In this document: positions 1-34,016 of the stretch, piece by piece | How the letters are laid out: each line of letters starts with the position of its first letter | How positions within the stretch are numbered: the first letter of the stretch is position 1 | NCBI GenBank assembly: GCA_012295275.1 | Contig: CM022672.1 | Coordinates: 868,001-932,000, forward strand | Source: Chrysomallon squamiferum | Taxonomy: Eukaryota; Animalia; Mollusca | Reading direction: 5' to 3' | DNA length: 64,000 bases | Program-made: the position numbers and the translations under genes | The notes under the pieces: model-generated | Seen by the model: the letters and a program-made list of their open reading frames with translations, nothing else | The model's database searches: none | Told to the model about the DNA's origin: nothing

Positions 1-280
1 AGTTTTCTCTTGCGTAATTGCAAAGAAAAATAAAACACTAGAAAGCTATATAATAATATGTACGAATGTTCATTGAATGTATTTACATAGCTTAACTCAT
101 ATATGTTTGTGTTATGTAGTTTGTGTTTTATGTGTGAACAAAGTTTCTCTAGTTTACAAATGTATAAAAGTACAATTGGCGATCAAATTCTGTTCAAAAC
201 AGATTGTTTTTCTATTAGCTAATTTTACTCCTACAGTAATGTTTTAGAAATATTACTTAGTTGAATTATTTTTATTTCAG

Positions 281-3999
<3,719 letters not shown>

Positions 4000-4811
4000 G
4001 GTATGCGAAAAGTCATTCGAAAATTGTTATTCATTTCTATGGCCAAATACATCGCAGTGACGTCATACTATTGTTTATATTTTTTCTTAGAATTATAGTG
4101 ACTCTGAATGTAAACTGATGTCATTTAGTACAAGAGGTATTACATTTCACTGTGTTATTTATATTTACGTTTAAATTAATATCTCGTAGTGACGTCATAA
4201 TATTGTATTTTTCACAAATCAGAAGTCACGTGTTATTCACAATGTCTGAGCCTCTCTGTATCTCACGAACTGATGTAGTTTGTCTCGGTTACGACGTATG
4301 ATTTATTGTTTCTTATGTTAGCAAAACTTCGTTTCTTCAGTTAACATCACTGATATTGAATACATTTAGAGTGATTAACGGTAACAAGCACACCAATAAC
4401 AGAAATGAGTCTTATTTTTGTTATCTTCTGAAACTACATTTAGGCACTAATTAAAATATTAAAGCTTGTATTTCTCTTTGTCTTTCAGGTGTCATGACTG
4501 TTTTGAAGAAAAATGAAAAACCTTGGTTTTACTTAAAGACATTTTCCATCCATTTCAATATGAGTGTGCCGTATTAATTCAAAAACAGATCAATTTTCCG
4601 TCCAACTTTTTCTGTTTTCATTCATAGCTTTTTCTTTATCTTACATATATTGGTATATTGTTACTGCTTTTTACTGTGCATTTTCTTTAGTACATAATTA
4701 TTATTAATGTATTTGGTAACTAGATTTTGAAAAAATCTTTATTTCGTATTTTATTGTTTTGTTTTTATTGCTTCTTTGGAATTCGTTCTCCAACTACAAA
4801 AATAAAGAGAC

Positions 4812-4842
<31 letters not shown>

Positions 4843-5271
4843 TAAAACGATAATAATAATAAAATCACACTTTCTGATCTTCGGCTGATTTCATATAATT
4901 TCACACCAAGATTTGATTTTAAATTTTCAGAATAAATGAAACAACGTCAACACTGAATGTTTTAAATGTGAATAAGCTGCTCAGAAAGAACTCTTCGTAT
5001 ATAATATTTTTAATGTCCACGTTTTCTTCAGTGTGAACGTTTCACCAACACACGTCAGTCTCAATTTCACTGGTAGCGGTTAATTAAATGTAAATAATAT
5101 CTGTCTGTCTGTCTGTCTGTCTCTTTATATTCCTCAGCAAACAAACAACATCTGAATAAATAAAAAAGTAATTTGGATAATAGATAGTTAAATGAATAAG
5201 TAAACAAATAAATAATATTTCAGAAAGGCGATTTGGCCGTGTGTGGGTGCATTACGTTACTAAAGTCTGTA

Positions 5272-5550
5272 CTAGGGAGCAGGTCCCACTGTATTCTTAG
5301 CAGTTTTACTTTGTAGATGTCTTTGTAGAATAATGTACGGAATCTCGCCAAATCCCGAGTGTTTGCCACTTTGTTGTCTGTTAATCTGAGACTGCCGTTT
5401 TACACTTTCACATTTATTTCTGAATCGTTCCAAGGGAGGTAATATATTACCTTTGACAGGAGGCGTCAGCGACAAAACTTTGTCACCTTTCACAAGGGGA
5501 GGTAATGCTTCCTTTTTAACTGATGGAGTAGCTGACAAAGCTTTGCTACC
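5272..5550 (-). pseudogene. Truncated duplicate of the last-exon 3' end of the lectin/mucin receptor gene
   Basis: Encodes ...SATPSVKKEALPPLVKGDKVLSLTPPVKGNILPPLERF...VGPAP*, nearly identical to 28047-28325, but with no upstream continuation or acceptor: it ends at the duplication breakpoint. Confidence 0.88.
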
Positions 5551-5556
5551 GTTCGC

Positions 5557-5720
5557 TAATAATCATTCCAACAAATAGGAGATTATTTCAGATGTTATCA
5601 ATCTAGGACAGTTAACTAACAATATCGACATAGTTAACATTATGATTTTTCTTGACCTCGTGGATCATTTTTGTTGATATCAGAATTTTTATTTAAATCA
5701 ATAAATAAATAAATAAATGA
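5557..5720 (+). other. Diverged copy of peptidase-gene intron sequence (~44360-44520)
   Basis: AAATAGGAGATTATTTCAGATGTTATCAATCTAGGACAGTTAACTAACAATATCGACATAGTTAACATTATGATTTTTCTTGACCT aligns with AAATAGGAGATTATTTTAGATGTTATTAATCTAGGACAATTAACTAACAATGTGTACATAGTTAACACTATGATTCTTCTTGACCT at ~44380-44465, same orientation. Confidence 0.8.
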
Positions 5721-5885
5721 AATTTGAAATTGGACAAATTTATACAAGTAGCTGTATCCTGCTTCGTGTTTGCACAGTGATAAGATAAAAAGACAACATC
5801 GCATTGAAAACAATGATTTGTTATACAGATAGATACAGATACAGTCAGACGTGTTCGTACTTGTTTTTTTTTGCACACTCACACT

Positions 5886-5922
<37 letters not shown>

Positions 5923-6439
5923 GAACATACACCCACATTCATTCATAGACACATTCAAATGCACATAAACACAGTTACGAACGTTCACATATACACAAAC
6001 ACACGTTCACAAATAAAATACATACACACAAACACAAACACATAAAAGTAGTACTCGCAAAACATTAACAACAATAGTAAGATGAAGAAAAAGAATATAA
6101 AAAAATGCAAATAATAGATGAAGAAAAAGAATATCAAAAAATGCAAATAATAATATAAAATTATATTATATTTATTTAATAATAATAATAATAATAATAT
6201 TCATAATTTTTATTTAGTTTAAGCCACTGAGATTACTCACTGATATCATTTTTTTTTCTCTGAGAATTTGTGATAGAAAGAAACCAGAGATTAATTATTA
6301 CTGATTATCAGATTAAGACGACCATTGACTTCATGTAACAAATACCAGTACATAACTTGCCGAATGATTGTTATTCTGAGTCCAATCCAAGGGAATATTT
6401 CCCGCTCCAACAATGGCACCAGATTGGTTTATCAAAGGC

Positions 6440-6483
<44 letters not shown>

Positions 6484-6567
6484 TGTTAAAAACCAGGGCT
6501 GAAGCATGTTAGGATTTTACAAGATTTCTTGTGTTATTAAATTTGATGAATTCTTCATTTCTCCATT

Positions 6568-6796
<229 letters not shown>

Positions 6797-7123
6797 TACA
6801 TACATACACAAAAGAAACGAGAAATAATAAAACAAGGCACTTAAACATGGATTTTGTAAACTTTTATAAACTTTGTCCAAACATTCTGGGATCACAGTTG
6901 AGGGTTTCACAATTTGTGCATTTTATTTTAGAATTAGCAACAGTATCCGTTTAATGTCCTCCAAAATAACAATGTAAATATTTTATCTGATAGTGTCTAA
7001 GATCAAGTTAATTTAATACTCCAGTACTTGTTACAATCAGTAAAAAAACATTCCTGTCACTTCTTTATCTCTGTGTCTTGTATCAAACAGGAACACTTGT
7101 TTTAGATATCTGTCTGAAGGTGT

Positions 7124-7220
<97 letters not shown>

Positions 7221-7279
7221 AACACACAAACATATACACACATGATATATAATAATATATATATATATATATATACACA

Positions 7280-7413
7280 CAGTGGTATCTTGACTTAAAA
7301 GATTATTTTAGTACAGAAAACTCCCAGTTTACAGTTGTTACTTCTCTTATTTAATGTGGAATGTACACAGATTTACTAAAATACTGGATATTCAAAAAAT
7401 AATACAACGACAG

Positions 7414-7512
<99 letters not shown>

Positions 7513-8251
7513 TGAGTGCCCCACGTTTTCCGAGTAACGAGCAGTCGCAAGGTCGCATAGCTTTGAGTTACAAGCCGAAATCCGAGTAACGAGCAGTCGC
7601 AAGGTCGCATTGCTTTGAGTTGCGAGCCGAAATCCGCGTCACGAGCAAGCTTCAGAGACGCCGCCGCTAGTTGGCGCAACAAACAACGTAACATTCCTTT
7701 ATTTCACGTGTTGTGCTGCAGTTTTGAGCGGTATTTTGCCAAATTTCTTTTTTCTGGTCATGGATTCTACGAAAGTGAGTGCAAAGGACAGTTTTGAGAA
7801 GAAGCAGATGATGTCCATTGAATTAAAGCTTGAATTCGTAGAAAAACATGAGAGAGGTGTGCATATAGTCGACTTGGCTAGGCAGTACGAGAGTAGTATT
7901 TCTACGATATATACCATACTGAAGCTGAAGGAGTCGATAAAGGATGTAACTCCAGCCGAAGGCGTTAAAATAATTTGTCTGATCTCTAAGGTAAATACAC
8001 TTTACAAAACCAATTTATTTCTTTACATTATCTTTTATTTTGTTTTTATACAATCTTTGTCAATTACAAATACATTTCTCTTATTTTTTTATTTTTTTTT
8101 AAAAAGAAGAATAAAGGGTGGATTTTCAATGGCTGGAACGGATTAATGGTATTTCAATTAATTTCAGTTGGGAAAATTGATTTGATATACGAGAAAATCG
8201 AGAAACGAGCTTGGTCACGGAACCAATTAAACTCGTAAGTCAAGGTACATG
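7280..8251 (+). mobile_element. Internally deleted pogo/Tigger (Tc1-mariner) DNA transposon
   Basis: TIRs CAGTGGTATCTTGACTTA[insert]TGAGT ... ACTCGTAAGTCAAGGTACATG followed by TA; internal ORF from 7759 MDSTKVSAKDSFEKKQMMSIELKLEFVEKHERGVHIVDLARQYESSISTIYTILKLKESIK is a CENP-B-type N-terminal HTH typical of Tigger transposases; no DDE domain; 52-bp subterminal tandem duplicate at 7530-7633. Confidence 0.88.
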
Positions 8252-8528
8252 TATATGTTACAGTCAGTAAGTCAAATTAGTCTTTTGGCCCAATGCTCAA
8301 GGCCGTCAGGAAAACTTCCAGGAATTAGGTCAATGGACTGAAATAGACCTCTAATCATTAGGCAAAATGACTGAATGAAACAGAATGGCTTGCACTTCCA
8401 TGAAAACATTTATTTCATAACACAACAAATAGTGTTCTATATATTACAGCAATTCAAACAGGCTGTTCTTGAAACATTTACAACGTTTTGTTTGACAAAT
8501 CTTTGCCCCCTCCCCCACAGTTGCATTA

Positions 8529-8573
<45 letters not shown>

Positions 8574-9109
8574 GTGTTAACAACATGAAAAAGAACAATT
8601 AAAAACAAAAAAACAAAACAGGAAAAGAAAACACACCCTCTATTCAATCTACTTCCATAGGTTTTATAATAACATAATTCAGATAATTCAGTGCAGATAT
8701 GAATAATGCAACATTTTACACAAATGAATGAATAATTCATAAACCTCTGTAGAACAGACTGTTTGAATAAGTGTAATAAACCACGTGAGTGTGTGTGTAT
8801 GTGTGTGTATGGGTGTGTATGTGTGTGTATGGGTGTGTATGTGTATGTGTGTGTGTGTTTGTATATATATATAAAATGTTGTAAAATTATGTTTTCTTAT
8901 ATTAAGCTTGAATTGCTGTATCTTTTAAAAATCGTTTGTTTTCTAATATTATAAATACCGAGAGAGAGACAGAGAGAGACAAATGGACGAAGGATGAAGG
9001 ATGAATTGGTTTAGGTGCTTGTGTGTGTGTCTATATATATAACATTTATTTATTATTTTTCATTGATTGTTTGATATTTATTTAATTATTTATTATATAT
9101 ATTTATATA

Positions 9110-9382
9110 TTTTGATTATAGATTTTTTAATATAGTAATCTTAAAGTTATTTTCAAATCATTTTTTATTTCATTGTTTTGATTGTTGACACTTGTCAATG
9201 ATGAAACTGTTGATCATTTTGTTACTGCTAACATTCAAAGCCATGTTGTAGAATACAGAGCAATCTATGAGGCAACAAAGAAGGTAAATTGTTATACAGA
9301 TTTACTCTATTACTTTTAGCCGATATTTGTTAGTTTAGCATTCGCTTTAAGTTTGATAGTTAGTAAGAACTAATCTCTTTTT
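9110..9382 (+). pseudogene. Inverted fragment of the M28B peptidase gene (part of intron 10, 3' half of exon 11 with its donor, part of intron 11)
   Basis: Aligns with the reverse complement of ~44965-45385, e.g. TACAGAGCAATCTATGAGGCAACAAAGAAG|GTAAAT vs TACAGAGCCATCTATGACGCTACAAAGAAG|GTATAT (YRAIYEATKK vs [10 protein letters not shown]) and CGCTTTAAGTTTGATAG.TAGTAAGAACTAATCTCTTTTT; the acceptor and 5' half of the exon are deleted. Confidence 0.88.
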
Positions 9383-9456
9383 GTTTGATCTTTCTTTTTT
9401 TCCCAAGGTTTTTTTTTTTTTTTTTTTTTTACTGTTGCTGCTTTCCCCTTGTTTAG

Positions 9457-26304
<16,848 letters not shown>

Positions 26305-26489
26305 GGTATGTGGAAATGTCGTTTATTAATTTCTATCTTGTAATACATCACAGTTACGTCATACTATTGTCTATATTTTTCTGAGAATAATAGTGAAAAA
26401 TAACTAGAGAATAATTATCACTATGAAAATTATTTATTCTAGTACTAGTATGGTAGGAACACTATATGAATATGTGTAATATGTTCATC

Positions 26490-26565
<76 letters not shown>

Positions 26566-28046
26566 ATGTGTGTTTGATTGATGTAAACTGTGTTATATCC
26601 CAAAAGTCTAAATAAATGTATTGTAGTGACGTCACAATATATTACTGTTCACAAATCAGAGGTCACGTGGTATTCTCAATGTTTCTGTATCTCACGAATA
26701 GTGTGACTCGGTTACGACGTATGATTTATTGTTTCTTATGTTAGCAAAACTTCGTTTCTTCAGTTAACATCACTGATATTGAATGCATTTAGGGTCATTA
26801 ACAGTAACAACCACACCAGTAACAGAAATTACTCTTATTTTTGTTATCTTCTAAAACTACATTTACGCACTAATTAAAATATTAAAGCTTGTATTTCTCT
26901 TTGTCTTTCAGGTGTCATGACTGTTTTGAAGAAAAACCTTAGTTTTACTTATTCACATTTTCCACCATTTTTAATATCAGTTTATAGTATTTATTCAAAA
27001 CAGATCAATTTTCCATTAACGTTTTCTAAGTTTACATTCATAGCTTTTTCTTTATCTTACATATATTGGTATATTGTTACTGCTTTTGACTGTGCATTTT
27101 CTTTAGTATATAATTCGTATTAATTCAGAAAAGAAAAATTTTCCGTAATGTTTTTCTAATTCTCTTTATCTTACATATATTTGCATATTGTTACTGCTTT
27201 TGACTGTGCATTTTCTTTAGTACATTATTATTATTACTGTTTGGTATTTTATTGTTTTGTTTTATTCGTGTCCTTGGAATTCGTTCCTAAGAACTCTTAT
27301 TACAGTCATATATTTCTATGTTCAAATAATTTCCACTTGTTTGTTCATATATTTATTTAGTGTGCCTGTATCTGAATTACTTATTAATACAGGTTTTGAA
27401 TATTAATAAATAATAATAATAATAATAATAAAGATGAAAGAAAAAAAATAAATAAATAAGACTGTTAAATAAATAAATACAAAATAAATCAAAACGCTTT
27501 TCTCTTGTATTTTAATGTGTAAAATCATCTCGCACTCCCCCTTCAAATATAACAATTAAAATACAAAAAATTAAATAAAATATAAAAAAACAAAACAAAG
27601 AGTATTATTAAATAATAACGTTATTAAATTTTCACAGTTTAAGTTTATTTAAAAACCAACTTTCTGATCGTTGGCTGATTTTGTATTTTAAATTTTCAAA
27701 AGTTAACTTTGCATAGACAACCTAAATGAAACTGAATGTTTTAAATGTGAATAAGCTCTCAGAAAGAACACTTCGTATATAATATTTTTAACGTCCACGT
27801 TTTCTTCAGTGTGAACGTTTCGCGAACACACGTCAGTCTCAATTTCACTGGTAGCGGTTAATAAAATGTAAATAATATCTGTCTGTCTGTCTGTCTGTCT
27901 CTTTCTTTATATTCCTCAACAAACAAACAAAATTTGAATAAATAAAAAAAGTAATTTGGATAATAGATAGTTAAATAGACAAATAAATAATATTTCAGTA
28001 AGGCGATTTGGCCGTGTTTGGTTGCATTACGTTACTAATGTCTGTA

Positions 28047-31000
28047 CTAGGGAGCAGGTCCCACTGTATTCTTAGCAGTTTTACTTTGTAGATGTCTTTG
28101 TAGAATAATGTACGGAATCTCGCCAAATCCCGAGTGTTTGCCACTTTGTTGTCTGTTAATCTGAGACTGCCGTTTTACACTTTCACATTTATTTCTGAAT
28201 CGTTCCAAGGGAGGTAATGTATTACCTTTGACAGGAGGCGTCAGCGACAAAACTTTGTCACCTTTCACAAGGGGAGGTAATGCTTCCTTTTTAACTGGTG
28301 GTGTAGCTGACAAAGCTTTGCTACCCTTCATTAGGGGAGGTAATCCGTCTCCTTTAACTGGTTGCGTAAGAAGCAAAGCATTTTTGACCTTCATCAGGGG
28401 AGGTAATCCTTCCCTTTCAACTTGTGGTGTTAATGGCAAAGCTTTGCTGCCTTTCTCTGGCGGAGTTAACGCAGTGGTTTTAACTGGCGGCACAGTGGGT
28501 AAACCGGGGCTGCTTTCTGTTTGTGTAACGTTATCAAGAGGCGGTCGAGGAAATGGAGACGAGTTTGATGTTTTTATGTATGTAACGTCAATCAGATCAG
28601 GTGCTGGCATTTTTCTCTCACTGAACTTTTTTTTGTACATCACCACGACTGCGCTGACAAGGTTGCTAACGTCCAACACGACAAATGGCGTCAACATGAT
28701 TACCACGATGCCGATTCCAATGCCACCAACAGCAGCAGCCGATCGTCTCGAATCGGACGCTGACTTGAATTTCCGTTTGAAAGCAGACGTCGAGTTCTTC
28801 ACCACCGTCAACTTGTGTACGATCTGCTTCACCTCGTCCAGCTGCTGCTCCTTTGTTTTGTCCACCACGCAGAAACACCGGCACGTTGACGTACGATTTG
28901 ATGACGTCGTCACTGAAATATGCCAATGAAACATTGTGATTTTATTACGCAGACTTCTGATCATAATACGTAAAAGACGATCAAGATACCAAATCATACA
29001 ACATGCATAAAAATACAACAAACAAGCATAGGTACACAGAACAGACACACTAACTAACTAACAGAAAGTTAAATATACCAAGACAAATACTAAGATATAT
29101 ACAAATGGTAAATCATACACACACAGGCACGCAAATATTCTAATATGTAACCAAAAACTGCATAATTAGACATGAACGGTCAAACAAATGGCCGGACATA
29201 CACATAAATATATTATTTTTACCATCTGTTGTTTCAGTTGTTGTAGCTGTCGTAGTTGCTGGCTCATTCTGTGTGGTTGACATTTCATTAGATGTCCCGC
29301 TGGTTACTGACGTTCTGGTAGGAAATGTATATTCTGTGACTGTGAATGAATGAATTTTTAATTAGTTTTATTTGTTATTTTTAATAACGAAAGCATTTGA
29401 TCTAGGACACCCATTCCTCATTATTAATTAACTGCAAGAAATGTATGATTTTCCTGTAAACAAGCATATGGTAACATTTATACACCTCTTTTGAGAGCAG
29501 CTGGAACGGGATATGACTATTGGCAGTATATTTTGAATGATAATGATGTTAAAGTATGTTATCGTGTGATTAATTCACTTTACTACGAGATTTGTTTAAA
29601 ATAGAAATCTGTAAAGGAGTAGACACAAACGTAAATGCGTTACAAACGTACCGTTTTCAGTAGATGGTGCCTTGAAGGTAGATGTTAGTTCTGATGCAGT
29701 ACTCGTAGTGGTGGGGTTATCAAACGTTGTATCTTGTACTGTCTCAGTAGACGATGATGTCGAGTCGCTTGTTAAGTATGTTGTTGTACTTTCATCAGCT
29801 GTTGATGTAGTAGCTGCTTCTGTTGGATGTCTGACGTCATAATTTTCTGACGTAGTTTCATCAACTGTGTTTGAGGAAGTGCTTGTTATTTCCGCTGATG
29901 TTGTGGCAGGTGTTGATTTTCTAGGAAATTTCAGGTCTGAGACTTTCGTTGAGACCGTAACGTCAGACTTCTTATTGTCTTTTGTTATTGTCGTTGCTGA
30001 CGTGGTGGACGTCGTTGAAAAGTCACGAGTTGCGTGAGAAGTCAGCTCTGAATCACTCAGGTCTTTTGACAACAGCGGTCCTGAGAAGTAACCTTCACTC
30101 GACTTGTCCGGCGACCGTTCTGATGTAGCTGGAATATCTGTTGACGTCGTTGTTGCTGTCGTTATCGATGTAGTTGAGGTAGATGTATCTGGCGTAGATG
30201 TTGTAGTTGCTGTTGTCGTTGTTGAAGGTGTTGTCGTGGTAGTTGTTACGGTTGTTGGAGTCGTTCTTGCTGTTGTCGTCGTTGTTGTCGGGGTAGTTGT
30301 GGTCGTAGTTGTTGTTGGGGTAGTTGTTGTCGTAGTCGGTGTAGTAGTGGTCGTAGTCGGCGTCGTAGTTGAGGTTGTCGTTGGTGAAAAACATTCTGGT
30401 TTCGGGAAGGGCGACCAGTTTTGTGACATTAGGGCCGTCATGTTTATGGATACTGAAATGTGAAATTAACTTTATTAATTATTTAGTTTTTCAAAATAAA
30501 AATGATTGTTGAAGAAGAAGGAGAAAGATGATGACGATGATGATCATGATGTGATGACCATGATAATATAATAATAATATGATAGAAGTTTAAAAAAAAA
30601 AAAAAAAAAAAACTAATTAAATTATCACAAAAGAAAGAAAAAAAAAAATCAAATTCATAAATAATTAACTGTAATAACGAACAAAGTATCTGTATACCTT
30701 TAAAACATTTCTTTACCATCAGCAGTGACCCCATGTCGTGTACGATGTCGTAGCTGTATTCATCTTGCAAAGCAAACAGATTGTCGGACAGAAACACCGT
30801 GCACAGTTTGTCGTTGTACACAACAGCCCAGCAGCGATATCGTCTCACGACAACGTTGAGGCAAAATACGGAACAGCGATGAGGCGAACTGTGTTTACTT
30901 TTTACTATCGTCGTCGTCGAGGATGTGTTTGAGACCTTCAAAGTAACGTCAGCCATTTCTTCCATCCAGCAGTCTAAGGTGAAACACAAACAAATTAATA

Positions 31001-33578
31001 TGATGTCGGTATATGACTTGAATATGTATTTGTGTGTATGTGTGTATGTGTACGTGTACATATTTGTATATGTATGTATTTGTACGTGTATATATTTGTG
31101 TATATGTACGTGAATATATGTGTGCGTGTATCAATTTCAGTCTATGTGTACGTATATATTTTTGTGTACGTGTATATATTTTGTGTATATGTACGTGTAT
31201 ATATACGTGTATGTATTTTGTGTGTGTATATATTGTGTGTATGTATATGTTTGTACGTATATACTTGTTGTACGTGTGTATATGTACGTGTATATATTTG
31301 TATATATTTGTATATATTGTGTGTGTGTATGTATTTGTACGTGTATATATTTGTAGTACGTGTATATATTGTGTATGTGCATGTATTTTTTGTATATGTT
31401 TTTGTGTGTACGTGTATATATTTGTGTGTTTTGTGTGTATGTGTAAAGTAAAAACATTAACCTATTGTTTTCTCACACACAAATGGATACTGAGATGCAC
31501 AGTTGTTTGTCTTCCACCAAAAGTGACATTCTGTCTCGCCGTATGGCACCATGAAGTCGGCGTGGATGCAGTAGTCGTGTAGTTGGTTGTTCGGTTCCTT
31601 GGGGTGGTAAAACACGTACCACTGTGTGAAGCTGCCGAGTTGGTCTCCGTCGTGCCACACGTAGCTGACGTTGACACCTCTGTGACTCGGGTCGTACAGA
31701 CCTAGCCACAGCTCAGTAGATCTTAGAATAAATTAGCAGTAAATAACGAGTGTTACATGTATTCTGTCAAAACACAATATATTCTCATATAACCGACACA
31801 ATTATTATAAATATCATATAACGTGATTGTTGTTACTAGCATTAGTACTAACACACCTATTTTGTTACTACTGTTACTGCAGTTACTACGACTATTACTA
31901 CAGCTGCTATAACTATTACAACATCTACTACGATTACTACAATAACTATTACTGAAACTACCACCACTGCGACTACAACTATTACTATCTACAATTCCTC
32001 CTCCTACTACTACTAAAACAACTGTTACAACTACTACTACTACTGCAACTACTACTGCTACTAGTTCGATTATTCGAGGAAGAGCTAGAACGAAAAAGCA
32101 GTACAAGTACAGACAACACAGAAACAAATTAATATTGTTACAGCGTAGCGTTCCACGGTTCCATGTTCATCAGTGTTTCCAGGACGTTGCGATCGGCAAT
32201 GTTTTTCATCATAAGCAGACGTGAGCCACTCCGTCGACACACGCAAGCAGCGTCATTCCACGTCAGCTGCGTAGTGTATCCAGTCAGCTGCAAACCACGT
32301 TGTACTGACGTCGTTAATTCTGGAATAGACAATAAATGGACGACTGAATGAATGAATGAACGAATGAATTGACGACTGAATGAATTAATGAATATTCTTA
32401 GGGACAGGTTTTTGCATTTCTAATTTTAGCAGTTTTTAGATGGTTGATGTAGAAGGCTAAACACGCTGCAATATCCATGTGTACGTTTAATTTTTAGCAG
32501 ACAGTGGAAAAGGACACTACATACCAGTATTTTTGATAAATCAGCTAGGAGATAGTGATTTCAGTGTGAAATCGTAATGACTGATTCAGTTACTCGAGTG
32601 ACCCGCTATGAGTTGTAGCTTGCTGCTGTAAATAGCAATGACAACATAACCTCCGCTTCAGACCAGCGTAATAATGTTTAATTAATAAGAAAGCGTACTG
32701 AAATAAATGTATTTTGTTTTCCCCTGGATTAACCCTCCAACACGAACATAATAAATATATTAACAAGTTAAATTAAAGCTGGATTTAGACACTCTGGAAT
32801 TCTGTCTTGGCTGAAATCCCGGTTTAATGACTGTTAGCACAGAAATAAAACTGATTTCTCAAATGGTCTTCTGTCTTTAGTATGGAGTCAGATTTCAGAA
32901 AAGACACATGACATGACCTTTGATGATTAGTCCCTGGGCACTGGCCAGACCGGGAAATAAGAGTCAGTGAGTGTAATATGTTTTATTAATACTGATGAAA
33001 TCTGAGATAACTGCTGAGTCTCAGTTGGTTACTCTCATCGATTAACTTTTCTTAATAAAGTTAAAAAAAAAAAGTTATTTACGTGATGTATCTAATTAAA
33101 ACATGGTAGTCTACGTCACTTGTTATCATTACACCATCCACGACGATATTTTCTGACTTGCAGCTCTCTTAGTGAGATCTGGAGAACAGGAAAATAAACA
33201 CACTGGAAAGTAAAATGTCGGGGAAATGTGGGGGTTTTGTGTTGTTGTTTTTGTTTTGTTTTATTGAAAACGACCCAATCCAGTATGCGTTTTGAAGTTT
33301 ACATCTGAAAAAAGGCTAAATTAATTAAATCAGGTACAATACCATAACCAGAGTGCAGATGTAGGAGACAGAAAATTTGCTAAAAATCATAAAATCTGAT
33401 GACAATTCATTGTTACAGAAATCTTTACACGAAGACATCCCTAGCTCAATTTAATCAGTTTATATTGCAGGTTAAAATTTCATGTTCTTGACATAATTAT
33501 TTCATTGGGAAGAAGCACGCTACATGCTTTCTTACACATACACACTCACTCACACACACACACACATACACACTCACT

Positions 33579-33655
<77 letters not shown>

Positions 33656-33973
33656 TCAGACACGTGCCGTTGGCATTGTTGGTCTGGGAGACTGTTTGAA
33701 GAGAGAGTATATTTTGTTAATTAAAGATGAGTGAAATAGATAATGTGTTAATTAAACAGCTTGTCGTCCAAAAAGGTAAAATCTCACTACGGATCAGGTT
33801 TTGTGTAGACACACGCAACTTGATATGCACCGTATCACGAGCAGACACTGAGTCTACGTTAGAGAAATCAGAACTCAATAATTGATTACCTCAGCAAACT
33901 CGTCTTGTTTACTTTCAAACAAACGTGCTTCACATAACTTACTTTCTGGTCGAACACGGATGAAAAGACGAAC

Positions 33974-34016
<43 letters not shown>

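Noticed and set aside
6300-6440. Minus-strand PWIGL motif as a second lectin fragment
   Set aside because: Single short motif with no other CTLD residues or splice sites; likely chance.
9198-9251. MMKLLIILLLLTFKAML* as the prominin signal peptide
   Set aside because: Ends in a stop, available GT sites are in the wrong phase for acceptors 9456/9465, and nearly the same sequence exists in the peptidase intron it derives from.
28228-28929. 233-aa plus-strand ORF
   Set aside because: Antisense shadow of the lectin-gene last exon and its 63-nt repeat.
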